Shown here piece by piece: positions 9,224 to 18,107 of a stretch of DNA of 22,881 bases; within the stretch, counting starts at the first letter, position 1, and the number at the start of each line of letters is the position of its first letter. The DNA is from a virus (lineage: Duplodnaviria; Heunggongvirae; Uroviricota; Caudoviricetes). The translations under genes were made by a program, and so were the position numbers. Location of the stretch: IMG/VR virus record IMGVR_UViG_2734482777_000003. One strand, 5' to 3'. Under the pieces are notes generated by a model. The model was not told where the DNA came from. It worked only from the letters and a program-made list of their open reading frames with translations, and did no database searches.

Positions 9224-9561
9224 CACACATTCCCCTTCTGAGAACAGAGTATCTCAATCCGTGTGGCACGAGCATCCGGTATCGGCGGACCGTCTATACT
9301 CAGAATCGCGCCTTTGAATGCACCAGTCAGCACTTTCAGACATGAAGTTGCTGTTACATCTCGCCGGAATCTCATCCAGACCCTCACTGTAGCCTGAGCA
9401 GTTTCTGCGCCTCCGGATATTCTCTCCCTGCCACTGATCCCCTTAACTTCTGCCCATATGGTTGCCCCCTCCGTCATTGTTTCCACAGGGTGCCCTGACG
9501 GAGACCGAACGGTGGTGGCATTCAGAATAACCACACGATCACGTAATCTTCCTGCCTGCAT
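9223..9561 (-). CDS. Head closure / head-tail adaptor protein (lambda FII position)
   Basis: 112 aa ORF with GGAGGA 3-4 nt upstream of the ATG; position in the neck module. Confidence 0.6.
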   Translation of the reverse strand: MQAGRLRDRVVILNATTVRSPSGHPVETMTEGATIWAEVKGISGRERISGGAETAQATVRVWMRFRRDVTATSCLKVLTGAFKGAILSIDGPPIPDARATRIEILCSQKGNV

Positions 9562-9569
9562 GAATCCTC

Positions 9570-9875
9570 CTATGTTCCGGGATGAAATCGATACATCCGC
9601 AGTCCGGTATAGAAAAAATCAGGCACTGCATCCTGCATTTCCCTGTTCTCGTACCAGTAGCCAACCAGTTGCATAAGACGCAGTTTTATCAGAGGTGTTA
9701 TTACAAGCCCGGTCGTATCCTGCTCAGAAACAGTTTCATCGTAAAGCGCCCGGTTTAAAAACTTTTCAGCCTCTTCCCTGGCAGCAGCCAGATACATCAT
9801 AAGAAGAGAATTCTCCTGTTCATTGTCATCATCAATCCGGCACTGAACACGAAGCTCTTCCAGAGTGGGCATCAT
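9570..9875 (-). CDS. Head-tail connector protein (gp6-like)
   Basis: 101 aa acidic ORF with GAGGT about 8 nt upstream of the ATG, first of the neck genes after the capsid gene. Confidence 0.6.
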   Translation of the reverse strand: MMPTLEELRVQCRIDDDNEQENSLLMMYLAAAREEAEKFLNRALYDETVSEQDTTGLVITPLIKLRLMQLVGYWYENREMQDAVPDFFYTGLRMYRFHPGT

Positions 9876-9886
9876 TTGGGCAACCT

Positions 9887-10075
9887 CTATGAATGCTGTT
9901 TTTTAGACTTATCAGCCCCCCGCGCAACAGGTGTTCTCTTATCAGAGACAATCCCAGCTGCAGTGGCAATTTCGCGTACCCGTTCGGGTAATTCTTTATC
10001 TTCATACTCACCGGCCCGAATAATCTCAACACGCATACCGTCCGGTGACCATTTCAGATCTTGTTTCAGGATCAT
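9887..10075 (-). CDS. Hypothetical small hydrophilic protein (62 aa) between capsid and connector genes
   Basis: ATG preceded by AGGTGA at about 8 nt; sits between the post-capsid hairpin and the connector gene. No family recognised. Confidence 0.35.
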   Translation of the reverse strand: MILKQDLKWSPDGMRVEIIRAGEYEDKELPERVREIATAAGIVSDKRTPVARGADKSKKQHS

Positions 10076-10097
10076 GATTCTTTCACCTGTCAGAACA

Positions 10098-10119
10098 GGG
10101 GGCGCACTTCTGCGCCCCC
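10098..10119 (-). terminator. Strong GC stem-loop just 3' of the major capsid gene (possible partial terminator or mRNA stabiliser)
   Basis: GGGGGCGCA-CTTC-TGCGCCCCC: 9 bp stem with a 4 nt loop, followed on the minus strand by UGUUCUG. Confidence 0.4.
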
Positions 10120-10126
10120 TGAATGA

Positions 10127-11332
10127 TTACGCCGCTGCAATCTTCAGCAGTTTGATGGCCTGCGAATCGACCAGCATGCCGCCGGTGCGCTTGGTGGTAT
10201 AAAAACCGACAAACGGTTTATTGGTGTACGGGTCACGCAGAATGCGGGTACCGATACGGTCAACGATGGTGTAACCCCGTTTGAAGTTACCAAATGCAAT
10301 GGCTTTCGCATCAGCGGCAATATCCGGCATCTGTTCGTTTTCAGCGATACCGTAACCCGCCAGAGAGGACGGCTGCCCCAGTTCCAGCCCCGGACGCCAC
10401 AGATAGTTACCCTCGGTGTCTTTCAGCAGACGGATGGCAAACAGGCTGTTGTTGTTCATCATGAACTTCGCGCCAGTGCGGTGTGCCTTTCGCAGCGTGT
10501 AAATCAGTTTGATAATGGCATCTGCGGTCACCGCCGTCGCTTCGCCGGATACAATATGCTGAAGTTTGCCGAACGCCCGGACCTTGTCGGTTTCATCCGT
10601 GGACTCATACGCCAGGAACCCTTTCGGCTTCTTGGTACCATCGCCGGTGGTAAAGGCAATTTCTTCCTGTTCGGCAAATTCGGTTGCCAGCTCGCTGTTG
10701 ATCCATGCTTCCACGTTGAAAAAGGCATCATCCAGCATTTTCTGGGTGGCCTGCGGGTTACCGTAGATTTCCCCCATGAAAGGTTCAATCAGGCCCAGTC
10801 TGGAGGTGGCAGTCTGGGAGCGCGCGTCAGTCTCGCCAACCCATCCGGAAGCCGTGCCGCCCAGATTCACCAGTTTTTTGTAGTCGGAACCACCAACGGT
10901 GATCACCGTGGCTTCCTGGCGCATCACCACTTCATCTTTCAGCAGGGTGAGAATGTTGCGATCCAGTGCTTCCGGCACGGCATAGCCGCCGTCTTCATCG
11001 GTGCCCACCTGTAATGCCTTGCGCTCCAGATCGCGCAGACCATCTTCACGGCCTTTACGCAGGAAGCCCACAAACGCTTCTTTATGCTCGGTGGCCAGTT
11101 TATTTTGCGCACCACCTGCCGGACGTTTCAGCTCAAGCAGCTCTTTTTCAAGATCGCTTTTGAGGTTTTCCAGCTCGCTGAGTTTCCCGTTCAGGGTTTC
11201 CACCTGCCCGGCAAGTTTGCCTTTTTCCTGCTCAATCGCATCCACGCGCTTGTCGTTCTTTGCTTTGAAGTCGTCAAACTTCTGCTGCAGCTCCTGCGCG
11301 ACCTGTTCGACATCTTTAATATCAACCGCCAT
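10127..11332 (-). CDS. Major capsid protein, HK97-fold, with N-terminal coiled-coil delta/scaffold domain
   Basis: 401 aa. The N-terminal ~100 residues are a coiled coil (KLAGQVETLNGKLSELENLKSDLEKELLELK). AGGAGA lies 6 nt upstream of the ATG, directly after the protease gene. Confidence 0.9.
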   Translation of the reverse strand: MAVDIKDVEQVAQELQQKFDDFKAKNDKRVDAIEQEKGKLAGQVETLNGKLSELENLKSDLEKELLELKRPAGGAQNKLATEHKEAFVGFLRKGREDGLRDLERKALQVGTDEDGGYAVPEALDRNILTLLKDEVVMRQEATVITVGGSDYKKLVNLGGTASGWVGETDARSQTATSRLGLIEPFMGEIYGNPQATQKMLDDAFFNVEAWINSELATEFAEQEEIAFTTGDGTKKPKGFLAYESTDETDKVRAFGKLQHIVSGEATAVTADAIIKLIYTLRKAHRTGAKFMMNNNSLFAIRLLKDTEGNYLWRPGLELGQPSSLAGYGIAENEQMPDIAADAKAIAFGNFKRGYTIVDRIGTRILRDPYTNKPFVGFYTTKRTGGMLVDSQAIKLLKIAAA

Positions 11333-11346
11333 CGTATTTCTCCTGA

Positions 11347-11997
11347 TTAGAAGTTCAGATTTTTCAGTGCATTCAGTGCAGAGCCCACATCCTCAGCGTC
11401 GCGCAGGGACAGTGCGCCATAGCCCCCGGCCATGAATGCTTTGGCCTGGGTACGGGAGAGTCCGACATCACGCAGGACTCTTTCGATTTTTTTCTGTTCG
11501 GGGATTTCCCCGCGGGCCAGTGCGTTCTTGACGTCGCTGATCCGCGCCTCGTCGTTAGACGGGAACGTCACCAGGCTGACTTCCCAGAGGTCGATTTCTT
11601 TCAGCAGAAAGGCTTCTTTGCTCCGGTCGTATTCCCAGTCTTTCAGGACGTACCCAATAGAAAGGCCGGTTAACGAACCGGCCTTCATGTGTGCATGTGC
11701 GCGTTTTGCAAGGGGATCATCATCAATAAGCAACCGTCCCCTGACGTAAAGCCCGACATCGTCTTCCTTCATTTCGGTGTAAACACCGATGGGTTCATCC
11801 ATGCGGTGCTGCCAGAGCAGCGCAGGTAACGCTTTTCTGTCACTCCACGCCCGCAGGGAAGCAGCAAATGCCCCGGACATCACCACATCATCGTGGCTGT
11901 CCTTTACACCAAAGACGGAGCCATACCCTTCAAACTCACCGGAGTCACTGACAGATTTCAGACTCAGCGGTACATCAAGACGTTGTTTCGTCTGCAT
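11347..11997 (-). CDS. Prohead maturation protease (HK97 family)
   Basis: Lies between portal and capsid genes. Start placed at the second ATG (MQTKQRL...), which has AAGGA upstream; the track's first ATG at 12033 has no SD. Confidence 0.8.
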   Translation of the reverse strand: MQTKQRLDVPLSLKSVSDSGEFEGYGSVFGVKDSHDDVVMSGAFAASLRAWSDRKALPALLWQHRMDEPIGVYTEMKEDDVGLYVRGRLLIDDDPLAKRAHAHMKAGSLTGLSIGYVLKDWEYDRSKEAFLLKEIDLWEVSLVTFPSNDEARISDVKNALARGEIPEQKKIERVLRDVGLSRTQAKAFMAGGYGALSLRDAEDVGSALNALKNLNF

Positions 11998-13216
11998 TGG
12001 CGTTATCCTTCTGCTTACCGGCTTTACTGCCATCGGAGGGTTTCGTGGTCATGTTCATCGGTGTGAGATAGACATCCCCACCGGGACGCGGATTCATATC
12101 TTCCAGGTCGCGGCAGTCATTGGGAGAGTAAATTCCCCAGTTGATCCCGGTGGCGTAGGCTTCAAAACGGGACTTCATATCCCCGCGCAGTAACGCCCCG
12201 GCGTTAAATTTGGCGTAATAAACGCCCTGCTTACTTTTTCGTACCAGTCCGGTGTTGATCCGCTGTTCGATGCGGGTCAGATACGGCACCAGTGAATAGT
12301 TGATAAATCCCAGCCCCAGCTCTTCGATATTGTTGAAGGTGGCGCGATCGGTGTTCTGCACCATGTGCAACGGCACCCGGAACAGACGACAGATTTCTTC
12401 AAGCTGAAACTTGCGGGTTTCCAGGAACTGGCTGTCCTCGGCGTTCAGCGCCATCGACTTCCAGTCCAGCCCCATCTCAAGGATCATCGGGCGGTGAGCA
12501 TTGCCAAGCCCGGTGTGACGCTCCTCAAAATCTTTCTTCAGGCGCTCATAAGCCTGATCCGACAGCGTCTGTTCTGTACGCAACACACCGGACGTCACCG
12601 CACCATTGCTGAACAGTCTGGCCCCGTGCTCTTCGGTCGCTGCTGCCAGCGATATTGCCTCGCGGGCATAGGCGATGGGATTCAGTCCCACCAGACCGTC
12701 CAGCGTCAACGTGCGCACATGCCAGATATCTTCCTGGCTCAGTACATCCGTGGAACCGTCCGGGAATGTGACCTGATAGACCGGCTCCCAGCGACTGTTA
12801 AGCTTCGGTACCACACAACCGGGATCGACGGGCAGCAGTTCAGCCACTTCGCCAAATGCTTTCACTTTGTAGGCGTAAAAGTTTCCCCTCAGGCACAGAC
12901 AGGTGACCACCAGCTCCCAGAACTCCTGCGGCGTCATATAGCCATTGGGATGCGTGGAGATCAGCTTATGCAGACGTTCGCCGGTGGCCCTCTGTTTCAG
13001 GCTGCCGTTCAGGTGATACAGATTGCAGGGCAACATCCCGACCGACTCTGCCAGCACTCTGACGCAGGAAAAAACCGCCGTCAGTCGCATGGCCCGCTGA
13101 CTGCTGATCTGCTTTCCGGTATAGGTGTCGTAAGACAACCCGATGGCATCCGCCAGCTCTGCTGGTGTGGTCACCGGCGCGTCACTTTTTCGTTGAAATA
13201 ATCCCGAAAAGAACAC
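11975..13216 (-). CDS. Portal protein
   Basis: 413 aa ORF downstream of TerL; GTG start preceded by GGAGGT at 5 nt. Confidence 0.85.
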   Translation of the reverse strand: MFFSGLFQRKSDAPVTTPAELADAIGLSYDTYTGKQISSQRAMRLTAVFSCVRVLAESVGMLPCNLYHLNGSLKQRATGERLHKLISTHPNGYMTPQEFWELVVTCLCLRGNFYAYKVKAFGEVAELLPVDPGCVVPKLNSRWEPVYQVTFPDGSTDVLSQEDIWHVRTLTLDGLVGLNPIAYAREAISLAAATEEHGARLFSNGAVTSGVLRTEQTLSDQAYERLKKDFEERHTGLGNAHRPMILEMGLDWKSMALNAEDSQFLETRKFQLEEICRLFRVPLHMVQNTDRATFNNIEELGLGFINYSLVPYLTRIEQRINTGLVRKSKQGVYYAKFNAGALLRGDMKSRFEAYATGINWGIYSPNDCRDLEDMNPRPGGDVYLTPMNMTTKPSDGSKAGKQKDNANADETTS

Positions 13217-13398
13217 TATTTACCTCCGCCGACAGACGGCTGTGTACGGTCGAGATATCGCGCCACCAGCCACGACCAGAACAGGCACAGCACCCCGGCA
13301 ACAACAAAACCCGCCGGGGGATAAATCAGCCAGGCACCATACGCCAGCAAAAGCGCACCCAGCACGCCCACCAGTGGCGCGAGAATTATCAGAAACAT
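13216..13398 (-). CDS. Hypothetical small membrane protein (60 aa, two predicted TM helices) between TerL and portal
   Basis: ATG preceded by GAGGT at 4-5 nt, 11 nt after the TerL stop; its stop overlaps the portal GTG. Sequence [49 protein letters not shown] is strongly hydrophobic. Confidence 0.4.
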   Translation of the reverse strand: MFLIILAPLVGVLGALLLAYGAWLIYPPAGFVVAGVLCLFWSWLVARYLDRTQPSVGGGK

Positions 13399-13409
13399 AA
13401 TGACCTCGG

Positions 13410-15167
13410 TTAAAGCGAGCGGATGCCCACGCTGACCAGATGTTCAGACAGATCCAGCTCCGGTTCACCACCATTGACCAGCATCCGGCTCATTGCTGTA
13501 AACATCGCAACAGGGCCGTCGATTTTGGCTTCCAGCGTGGATTTATTCGGGAAGATATTGTCGTTTTTGTCCGGTTTTACCGTAACGTTAGACATCATCC
13601 AGTTCATGACCGGATGATTGCTGTGATGGAAACGCCCGGCATAGACCAGTGATTCCGTTTCCTTCATGGCCTCTGACAGATTGCGAACCGTCTGCGGAAC
13701 CTCCACCAGCGGTATCCCTTCTTCAGCCAGTGCCAGGCTGAACTGCATCGCGCTCCACGGGTCAAATCCCAGTTCCCTGAGGTTTTCACCACCAATCCAT
13801 TCCAGTAAGTCACTTTTTATCTGAGCATGATCGATAACATCACCATCCGTCAGAATCAGCTTATCCATCTCCGACCACTTCCGGTAAAGTTCTGCCTGCT
13901 GCCGCGAGCATCGTTCCAGCCGTCCTTCCGGAAGCCAGAATTTAAAATCGGCATGAACATGCCCGTTATCCGTTCGCCAGAGTTTTGCCGCCGCACAGAT
14001 ATCAATCTTATGAGCAAGGTCAACGCCGACCCACATGGGATACGTTTTCAGCTCATGTCGTGGGGCAATGTATTCGCACTTCTCCCACTTAATCATGTCC
14101 ATCCAGGCAGACTCTGCTGTTACCCACACATTCATGTGTTTGGTAAAAAAATTCACCCGCGCAGAGACCTGTTCTTTCGCTTTTTTCGCCAGACGACGCA
14201 GATCATCCCAGCGTTTACAGATGCCCAGGCCGGGATTTGCTTTCTGCCAGACCGTTTCATCAAACGGATCATCTCCCTCATCGAGGGTGTAAATAATCGC
14301 AAAGTAGGAGTCGTCTTTTACAGCGCCCTCCACGTCGCTGTTATAGCCACGCAATACCTTGATGGCGTAATCACGCTGCTCGTAACAAATCCCTTCCTTG
14401 TTAAACCCTGCCGTGGTGATACCAAATAAAAGGGACTGCAGACGGGCACCGGTTGCCGTTTCCAGAACGTCCCACACGTCACGGGTTTTATGTGCATGCA
14501 GCTCATCAATAATGGCGCAGTGGATGTTCAGACCATCCAGGTTGTTTGCATCCGAAGAAAGCGGTTCAAATTTTGATGCGCTCTGCTCCTGGTAAATCGC
14601 CAGCTTGTTGAAATCAAACAACCGCCCGAGTGTCGACCGGGCTTTTCTGACCATATTTTTGGCGTCTTCAAACACGATTCTGGCCTGGTCACGCGTGGTT
14701 GCGGCTGAATACACCTCAGCTCCGCCTTCACCATCTGCCCCCGTCATATACAGGCCGATACCCGATGACAGAGTTGATTTTGCGTTTTTACGGGCGACTT
14801 CGTTGTACGCCGTCCGGAACCGGCGCACCATCACCGGACGTCCGCTGCCATCGCTGCGCATGACAACTTCTCCGGTCTCTTCATTGACCAGCGGAATGAC
14901 AAAACCAAAAATATTAATGAGGATAAATACATGCCAGTCCATCAACTCAATGGGCTGGCCTGCCAGCGCCCCTTTTACATGAGGCACAAATTTGTAGAAA
15001 TTCAGGATGTGCTGCGCACGGGGTTCACTGAAATAAATCCCCCGCTCTTCGCCGTACTTCAGATCATCAAGAAAACGCTGGCAGGCCAGGCGGACAAATT
15101 CGCCAGCAACAATTTCTCCTGCAACAACACGTTCGGCGTAGCGGATCCCGTCAGCCACTTTTGCCAT
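13410..15167 (-). CDS. Terminase large subunit
   Basis: 585 aa ORF; its ATG overlaps the TerS stop (ATGA); size and position between TerS and portal. Confidence 0.9.
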   Translation of the reverse strand: MAKVADGIRYAERVVAGEIVAGEFVRLACQRFLDDLKYGEERGIYFSEPRAQHILNFYKFVPHVKGALAGQPIELMDWHVFILINIFGFVIPLVNEETGEVVMRSDGSGRPVMVRRFRTAYNEVARKNAKSTLSSGIGLYMTGADGEGGAEVYSAATTRDQARIVFEDAKNMVRKARSTLGRLFDFNKLAIYQEQSASKFEPLSSDANNLDGLNIHCAIIDELHAHKTRDVWDVLETATGARLQSLLFGITTAGFNKEGICYEQRDYAIKVLRGYNSDVEGAVKDDSYFAIIYTLDEGDDPFDETVWQKANPGLGICKRWDDLRRLAKKAKEQVSARVNFFTKHMNVWVTAESAWMDMIKWEKCEYIAPRHELKTYPMWVGVDLAHKIDICAAAKLWRTDNGHVHADFKFWLPEGRLERCSRQQAELYRKWSEMDKLILTDGDVIDHAQIKSDLLEWIGGENLRELGFDPWSAMQFSLALAEEGIPLVEVPQTVRNLSEAMKETESLVYAGRFHHSNHPVMNWMMSNVTVKPDKNDNIFPNKSTLEAKIDGPVAMFTAMSRMLVNGGEPELDLSEHLVSVGIRSL

Positions 15168-15649
15168 CAGTCTCTCGCTTTTAAAAGCTCCGCCAGCGGA
15201 TCAACATCATCCGGTCCGGCGATATTTACTTTAGCCCGGCTTGCCGGTGACATACCAAACTCTGCAAGCATTGCCCGGATCCGCTTCCAGGCATCCGCTT
15301 TCATTGCCGCCGCGGGGTGCGCCTTAATCAGTACATCACCGCTCTGCGTTTTCGTGCGGTAGGTATACCCCTCAACATCTAGTGTTTCGCAGTGATGCCG
15401 ATATTCGGTGTAGGCTTCCACCAGCAACTCGAGTGCACGCGCATCAAGCTGAGAAATGATCCCTTCCGCATTCAGCTCTTCCGCCATTCGCCTGAACCAG
15501 TACTTCCCCTGTGCCCCTAAATGCTGCGGAATTTTAGGAAGACCTTTTTCATCCTTTTTAGCGGTTTTTTTGGGGTCTTTAACGGGGCGCTTTGAGGGGT
15601 TGCCTCGTATCAAATGCAGGCGTGGCGGGGTTTTCGGAGGTCCTGACAT
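15167..15649 (-). CDS. Terminase small subunit
   Basis: 160 aa with a basic Lys/Pro-rich N-terminus, immediately upstream of and coupled to TerL. Confidence 0.8.
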   Translation of the reverse strand: MSGPPKTPPRLHLIRGNPSKRPVKDPKKTAKKDEKGLPKIPQHLGAQGKYWFRRMAEELNAEGIISQLDARALELLVEAYTEYRHHCETLDVEGYTYRTKTQSGDVLIKAHPAAAMKADAWKRIRAMLAEFGMSPASRAKVNIAGPDDVDPLAELLKARD

Positions 15650-15699
15650 AATCGGTCTTACCTATCAATCGTTTGTTCACATTTCCAAAAAAAGTTTTC

Positions 15700-15790
15700 G
15701 AACCTGCGGCGATGTGAGGAAGGGTCAGGCGGCGGTACTGAGCAGCCAGGGTTGCAGAGATTTGACCCGCCCCTCCCCTACAGATGGGAA
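15700..15790 (-). other. Candidate cos / packaging-site region between the HNH and TerS genes
   Basis: Non-coding 147 bp gap with a GC-rich element (plus strand GGTCAGGCGGCGGTACTGAGC, partly symmetric TCAG...CTGA) and a G-rich run (rc GGGGAGGGGCGGG). Position is where cos lies in HK97-like phages. Exact nick sites are not determinable here. Confidence 0.25.
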
Positions 15791-15796
15791 CTGTTA

Positions 15797-16147
15797 TCAA
15801 TTGATGCGTTCGCGCGCTGTTTTTGCTTTATGACAGGGCCAGCACAGACTCTGCAGGTTACTGTCTGCATCCGTGCCACCATGAGCTTTCGGAATGATGT
15901 GGTCCACAGTTCTGGCTTCAACGGCTCTCCCATTGCGCAGGCAGTTCTGACACAGATGATTATCACGCTTCAGTATGCGCGCACGTGTGGCATCCCATTT
16001 CGAGCCATAGCCACGCTGGTGGCGGCTCAGTCCGCGTTGATGCTGTACCCATCCTTCGCCACGATGTTTATCGCAGTAACCAGAACTGTCTGTGGTTGTA
16101 CCTGCACATCCACGCTTACGGCAGGCGCGTGGGATTCGTGATGGCAT
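15797..16147 (-). CDS. HNH endonuclease (terminase-associated, HK97 gp74-like position)
   Basis: 116 aa with Cys pairs and an HNH core (CQNCLRNGRAVEARTVDHIIPKAHGG...NLQSLCWPCHKAK). GAGGT lies 4 nt upstream of the ATG. Confidence 0.85.
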   Translation of the reverse strand: MPSRIPRACRKRGCAGTTTDSSGYCDKHRGEGWVQHQRGLSRHQRGYGSKWDATRARILKRDNHLCQNCLRNGRAVEARTVDHIIPKAHGGTDADSNLQSLCWPCHKAKTARERIN

Positions 16148-16189
16148 AAATACCTCATACCCTGCGAAATGTTTACCACGATAAAAAGG

Positions 16190-16657
16190 CTACTTAATGC
16201 ACTGAGTGCGGATATATTCCTGCGCCCCTTCCAGTTGCATCTGCATCGTCATCAATCGGTCTCTGAGGGTGAAATAATCCCGTTCAGCGGTGTCTGCCAG
16301 TCGGGGGATGGTTGCATTATCCACGCTGGTGGGTCCGGTGGCTTCACGCACGGCTGCGGAGCAACTGGCATTGACCCGCAGGCGCTTACGGCCAGCGGCA
16401 ACATCAGCGCGCAGAGTTTCATTTTCAGCTTTCGCATTGGCTAATTCTCTCGAGTACTTTGCATCGAGCGCAGCAACATCACGCTGACGCTGCTGCATGT
16501 CAGCGATGGTGGCGATCGCCTGCTTCAGCTCACTGACTTTTTTATCACGTTGTTCTTTGTAGGCGATGGCGTTATCACGGTAATGATTGACCGCCCACGA
16601 CAGGCAGACGATAGTGCAGATAACCAGAGCATAAATAATCGCGGCGACTCTGCTCAC
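16190..16657 (-). CDS. Rz: Rz inner-membrane spanin (i-spanin)
   Basis: Start placed at a GTG overlapping the endolysin stop (the track uses a TTG at 16672). N-terminal TM segment, then coiled coil; recognised as lambda Rz-like. Confidence 0.85.
   Translation of the reverse strand: MSRVAAIIYALVICTIVCLSWAVNHYRDNAIAYKEQRDKKVSELKQAIATIADMQQRQRDVAALDAKYSRELANAKAENETLRADVAAGRKRLRVNASCSAAVREATGPTSVDNATIPRLADTAERDYFTLRDRLMTMQMQLEGAQEYIRTQCIK
16252..16437 (-). CDS. Rz1: Rz1 outer-membrane lipoprotein spanin (o-spanin), embedded in Rz in the +1 frame
   Basis: 61 aa [61 protein letters not shown]: lipobox plus Pro-rich mature part, entirely inside Rz as in lambda. Confidence 0.8.
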   Translation of the reverse strand: MRKLKMKLCALMLPLAVSACGSMPVAPQPCVKPPDPPAWIMQPSPDWQTPLNGIISPSETD

Positions 16658-17187
16658 TGATCTATTCCCCAACAGGCTAATGCGCTTTCCTGGTCACGAC
16701 GAATAACCTGACCGTAACAGTTATTTGAACGAATGCGGCAATCACGGCCACCGTCCTTAATCCACCAGCGAATCGCCTCGCATGCACCTTTACGATCACC
16801 AGCATTCAGCCGCTTATAAAACGTCGACGGAAAACACTTACCGGGGCCAATGTTATAGGGACAAAATGACGCGATACCCGCTTTTTGTGGCTCGGTCAGT
16901 GGTACTTTAATATTGCGCTCCACCCATGCCAGCGCCTTATCACGCTCAATGGCGTTGACCTGGTCGCATTTTTCCTTCGACAGTTTCATACCGGGAAAAA
17001 CGGGTTTTCCATCCACCATCGTGGCACCCCGACAGATGGTCCAGATGCCGGACCCATCGCGGTATGCCGTTGTGTGGTTACCTTCTTTTTCATCCAGAAA
17101 CTGGTCGAGAATATCAGGCGCGGGCGCACCGACGGCAATCAGTGCCAGAACGGCAGCCGACAGGCCGTATCTGATTTTTGCGTTCAT
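16654..17187 (-). CDS. rrrD: SAR endolysin (T4-lysozyme-like, glycoside hydrolase family 24)
   Basis: 177 aa. N-terminal weakly hydrophobic Gly/Ala-rich segment ([17 protein letters not shown]) followed by the E-x8-D-x5-T catalytic triad ([16 protein letters not shown]). Recognised as the E. coli cryptic-prophage RrrD/RrrQ lysozyme family. Confidence 0.85.
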   Translation of the reverse strand: MNAKIRYGLSAAVLALIAVGAPAPDILDQFLDEKEGNHTTAYRDGSGIWTICRGATMVDGKPVFPGMKLSKEKCDQVNAIERDKALAWVERNIKVPLTEPQKAGIASFCPYNIGPGKCFPSTFYKRLNAGDRKGACEAIRWWIKDGGRDCRIRSNNCYGQVIRRDQESALACWGIDQ

Positions 17188-17250
17188 GGATATTTATCAG
17201 GATTTATCGGTTTCTGCCCACGGACAGGTTTATCTGTTCCGGTCAGTGAC

Positions 17251-17601
17251 TTAAGGTTGTGATTCCGGAGGAGTCTTCAGAGAACCAGTAATTCTTCCTA
17301 GTAGCTTTCCTTTGTAGGTTATCCACACATTCTGCGCATCTAAAATTACGGGGCGCTTTTCCGGCGACTGCTCATCCCCTTCACATAACCCGGCAGCAAC
17401 ATCCAGGAAGACCTGTCTGATGCTCCTTCTGGCTGCTGCCTCATAAAACTCCAGCGCGGCACCTTCAACACGGTCCAGCGAGATGTCCAGGGCAAAAATT
17501 TCACCGTCAAAGCGTTTTTTGTCCCGTAACGCTAAAGTTACCGTAACTTTATTCTCAAAATTGCGGATCCCTTTCACAATCAGTTCATAGTTTTGAGTCA
17601 T
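17251..17601 (-). CDS. Hypothetical protein inside the lysis cassette between holin and endolysin (YdfR-like by synteny)
   Basis: 116 aa soluble protein with ATG and GGAG upstream, 5 nt after the holin stop. The same position is occupied by ydfR in the E. coli Qin prophage. Confidence 0.5.
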   Translation of the reverse strand: MTQNYELIVKGIRNFENKVTVTLALRDKKRFDGEIFALDISLDRVEGAALEFYEAAARRSIRQVFLDVAAGLCEGDEQSPEKRPVILDAQNVWITYKGKLLGRITGSLKTPPESQP

Positions 17602-17605
17602 TGAA

Positions 17606-17821
17606 TTACTCTCCCCGTGCAGCCTTACGCTTGTCTTCTCTGATTTTGAAGTACAGATTTGTCAGATAAGTCAGGAAGCCCAGAACCAGACTCCCCAGTA
17701 CACCAATCGCAGCCCACTGTGAAGGACTGACCTGATCAAGCCACTGTAAAAACCAGTAGCCAGCACTGCCTGCGGAGGTGCCGTAGGCAATGCCCGTTGA
17801 AATTTTGTCCATGGATTTCAT
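17606..17821 (-). CDS. S: Class II pinholin, phage-21 S21-like, with dual-start motif
   Basis: 71 aa [71 protein letters not shown], recognised as S21. Two TM segments; Met1 and Met4 starts; strong GGAGGTGAGG SD. Confidence 0.85.
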   Translation of the reverse strand: MKSMDKISTGIAYGTSAGSAGYWFLQWLDQVSPSQWAAIGVLGSLVLGFLTYLTNLYFKIREDKRKAARGE

Positions 17822-17880
17822 AGCCTCACCTCCGCAAATAACGGATGGCGTAGTTTTACACTGAGAAATGAAAGGGATTT

Positions 17881-17905
17881 GAAAAGAAAAACCCGCAAAA
17901 GCGGG
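17881..17905 (-). terminator. Intrinsic terminator between the tRNA array and the holin gene
   Basis: Minus strand GCCCGC-UUUU-GCGGG followed by UUUUUCUUUUC. Confidence 0.5.
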
Positions 17906-17981
17906 CGAAACGATATATACAGAAAGGAAAGCACTCTATCCAACAAACCAACCACAGTTAATCGGAATAAAAGCAGAGTGC

Positions 17982-18054
17982 TTATGAATGATCGCCTGCC
18001 CGAAGGTTAGTATTTCTGCACAGCAATTTTGCAAAAAAAGGCGATCATTCATAA
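17982..18054. repeat. Perfect 15 bp inverted repeat (TTATGAATGATCGCC / GGCGATCATTCATAA) with a 43 nt spacer
   Basis: The two arms are exact reverse complements; located in the non-coding tRNA-to-holin spacer. Confidence 0.7.
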
Positions 18055-18061
18055 CTTAAAC

Positions 18062-18107
18062 GTCTTTCAGTCACTCCGGGATTTCCCATCATCGCAGACT
18101 GAAAGAC
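18062..18107. repeat. Perfect 11 bp inverted repeat (GTCTTTCAGTC / GACTGAAAGAC) with a 24 nt spacer, just 3' of the tRNA-Gly gene
   Basis: Exact reverse-complement arms, starting about 6 nt after the last tRNA 3' end on the transcribed strand. Confidence 0.7.

Noticed and set aside
12365-13201. Long plus-strand ORF (278 aa) and other plus-strand ORFs (for example 2822..3382, 10481..11014, 11001..11435, 13827..14429, 15752..16141)
   Set aside because: All lie antisense to well-supported minus-strand phage genes in GC-rich DNA, have low-complexity Arg/Pro/Ala/Gly-rich translations and no convincing ribosome-binding sites. They look like shadow ORFs.
13220-13474. 84 aa minus-strand ORF overlapping the TerL 3' end
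   Set aside because: It overlaps the end of the terminase gene in another frame and has no RBS. The 60 aa frame (13216..13398), with SD and coupling to portal, explains the region better.
15579-15800. 73 aa minus-strand ORF spanning the TerS start and the HNH-TerS gap
   Set aside because: It overlaps the TerS N-terminus out of frame and runs across the putative cos region; no RBS. Judged spurious.
17930-18052. 39-codon minus-strand ORF starting inside the 15 bp inverted-repeat arm
   Set aside because: No ribosome-binding site and the start codon is part of a perfect palindrome arm; more likely a structured non-coding element than a peptide gene.
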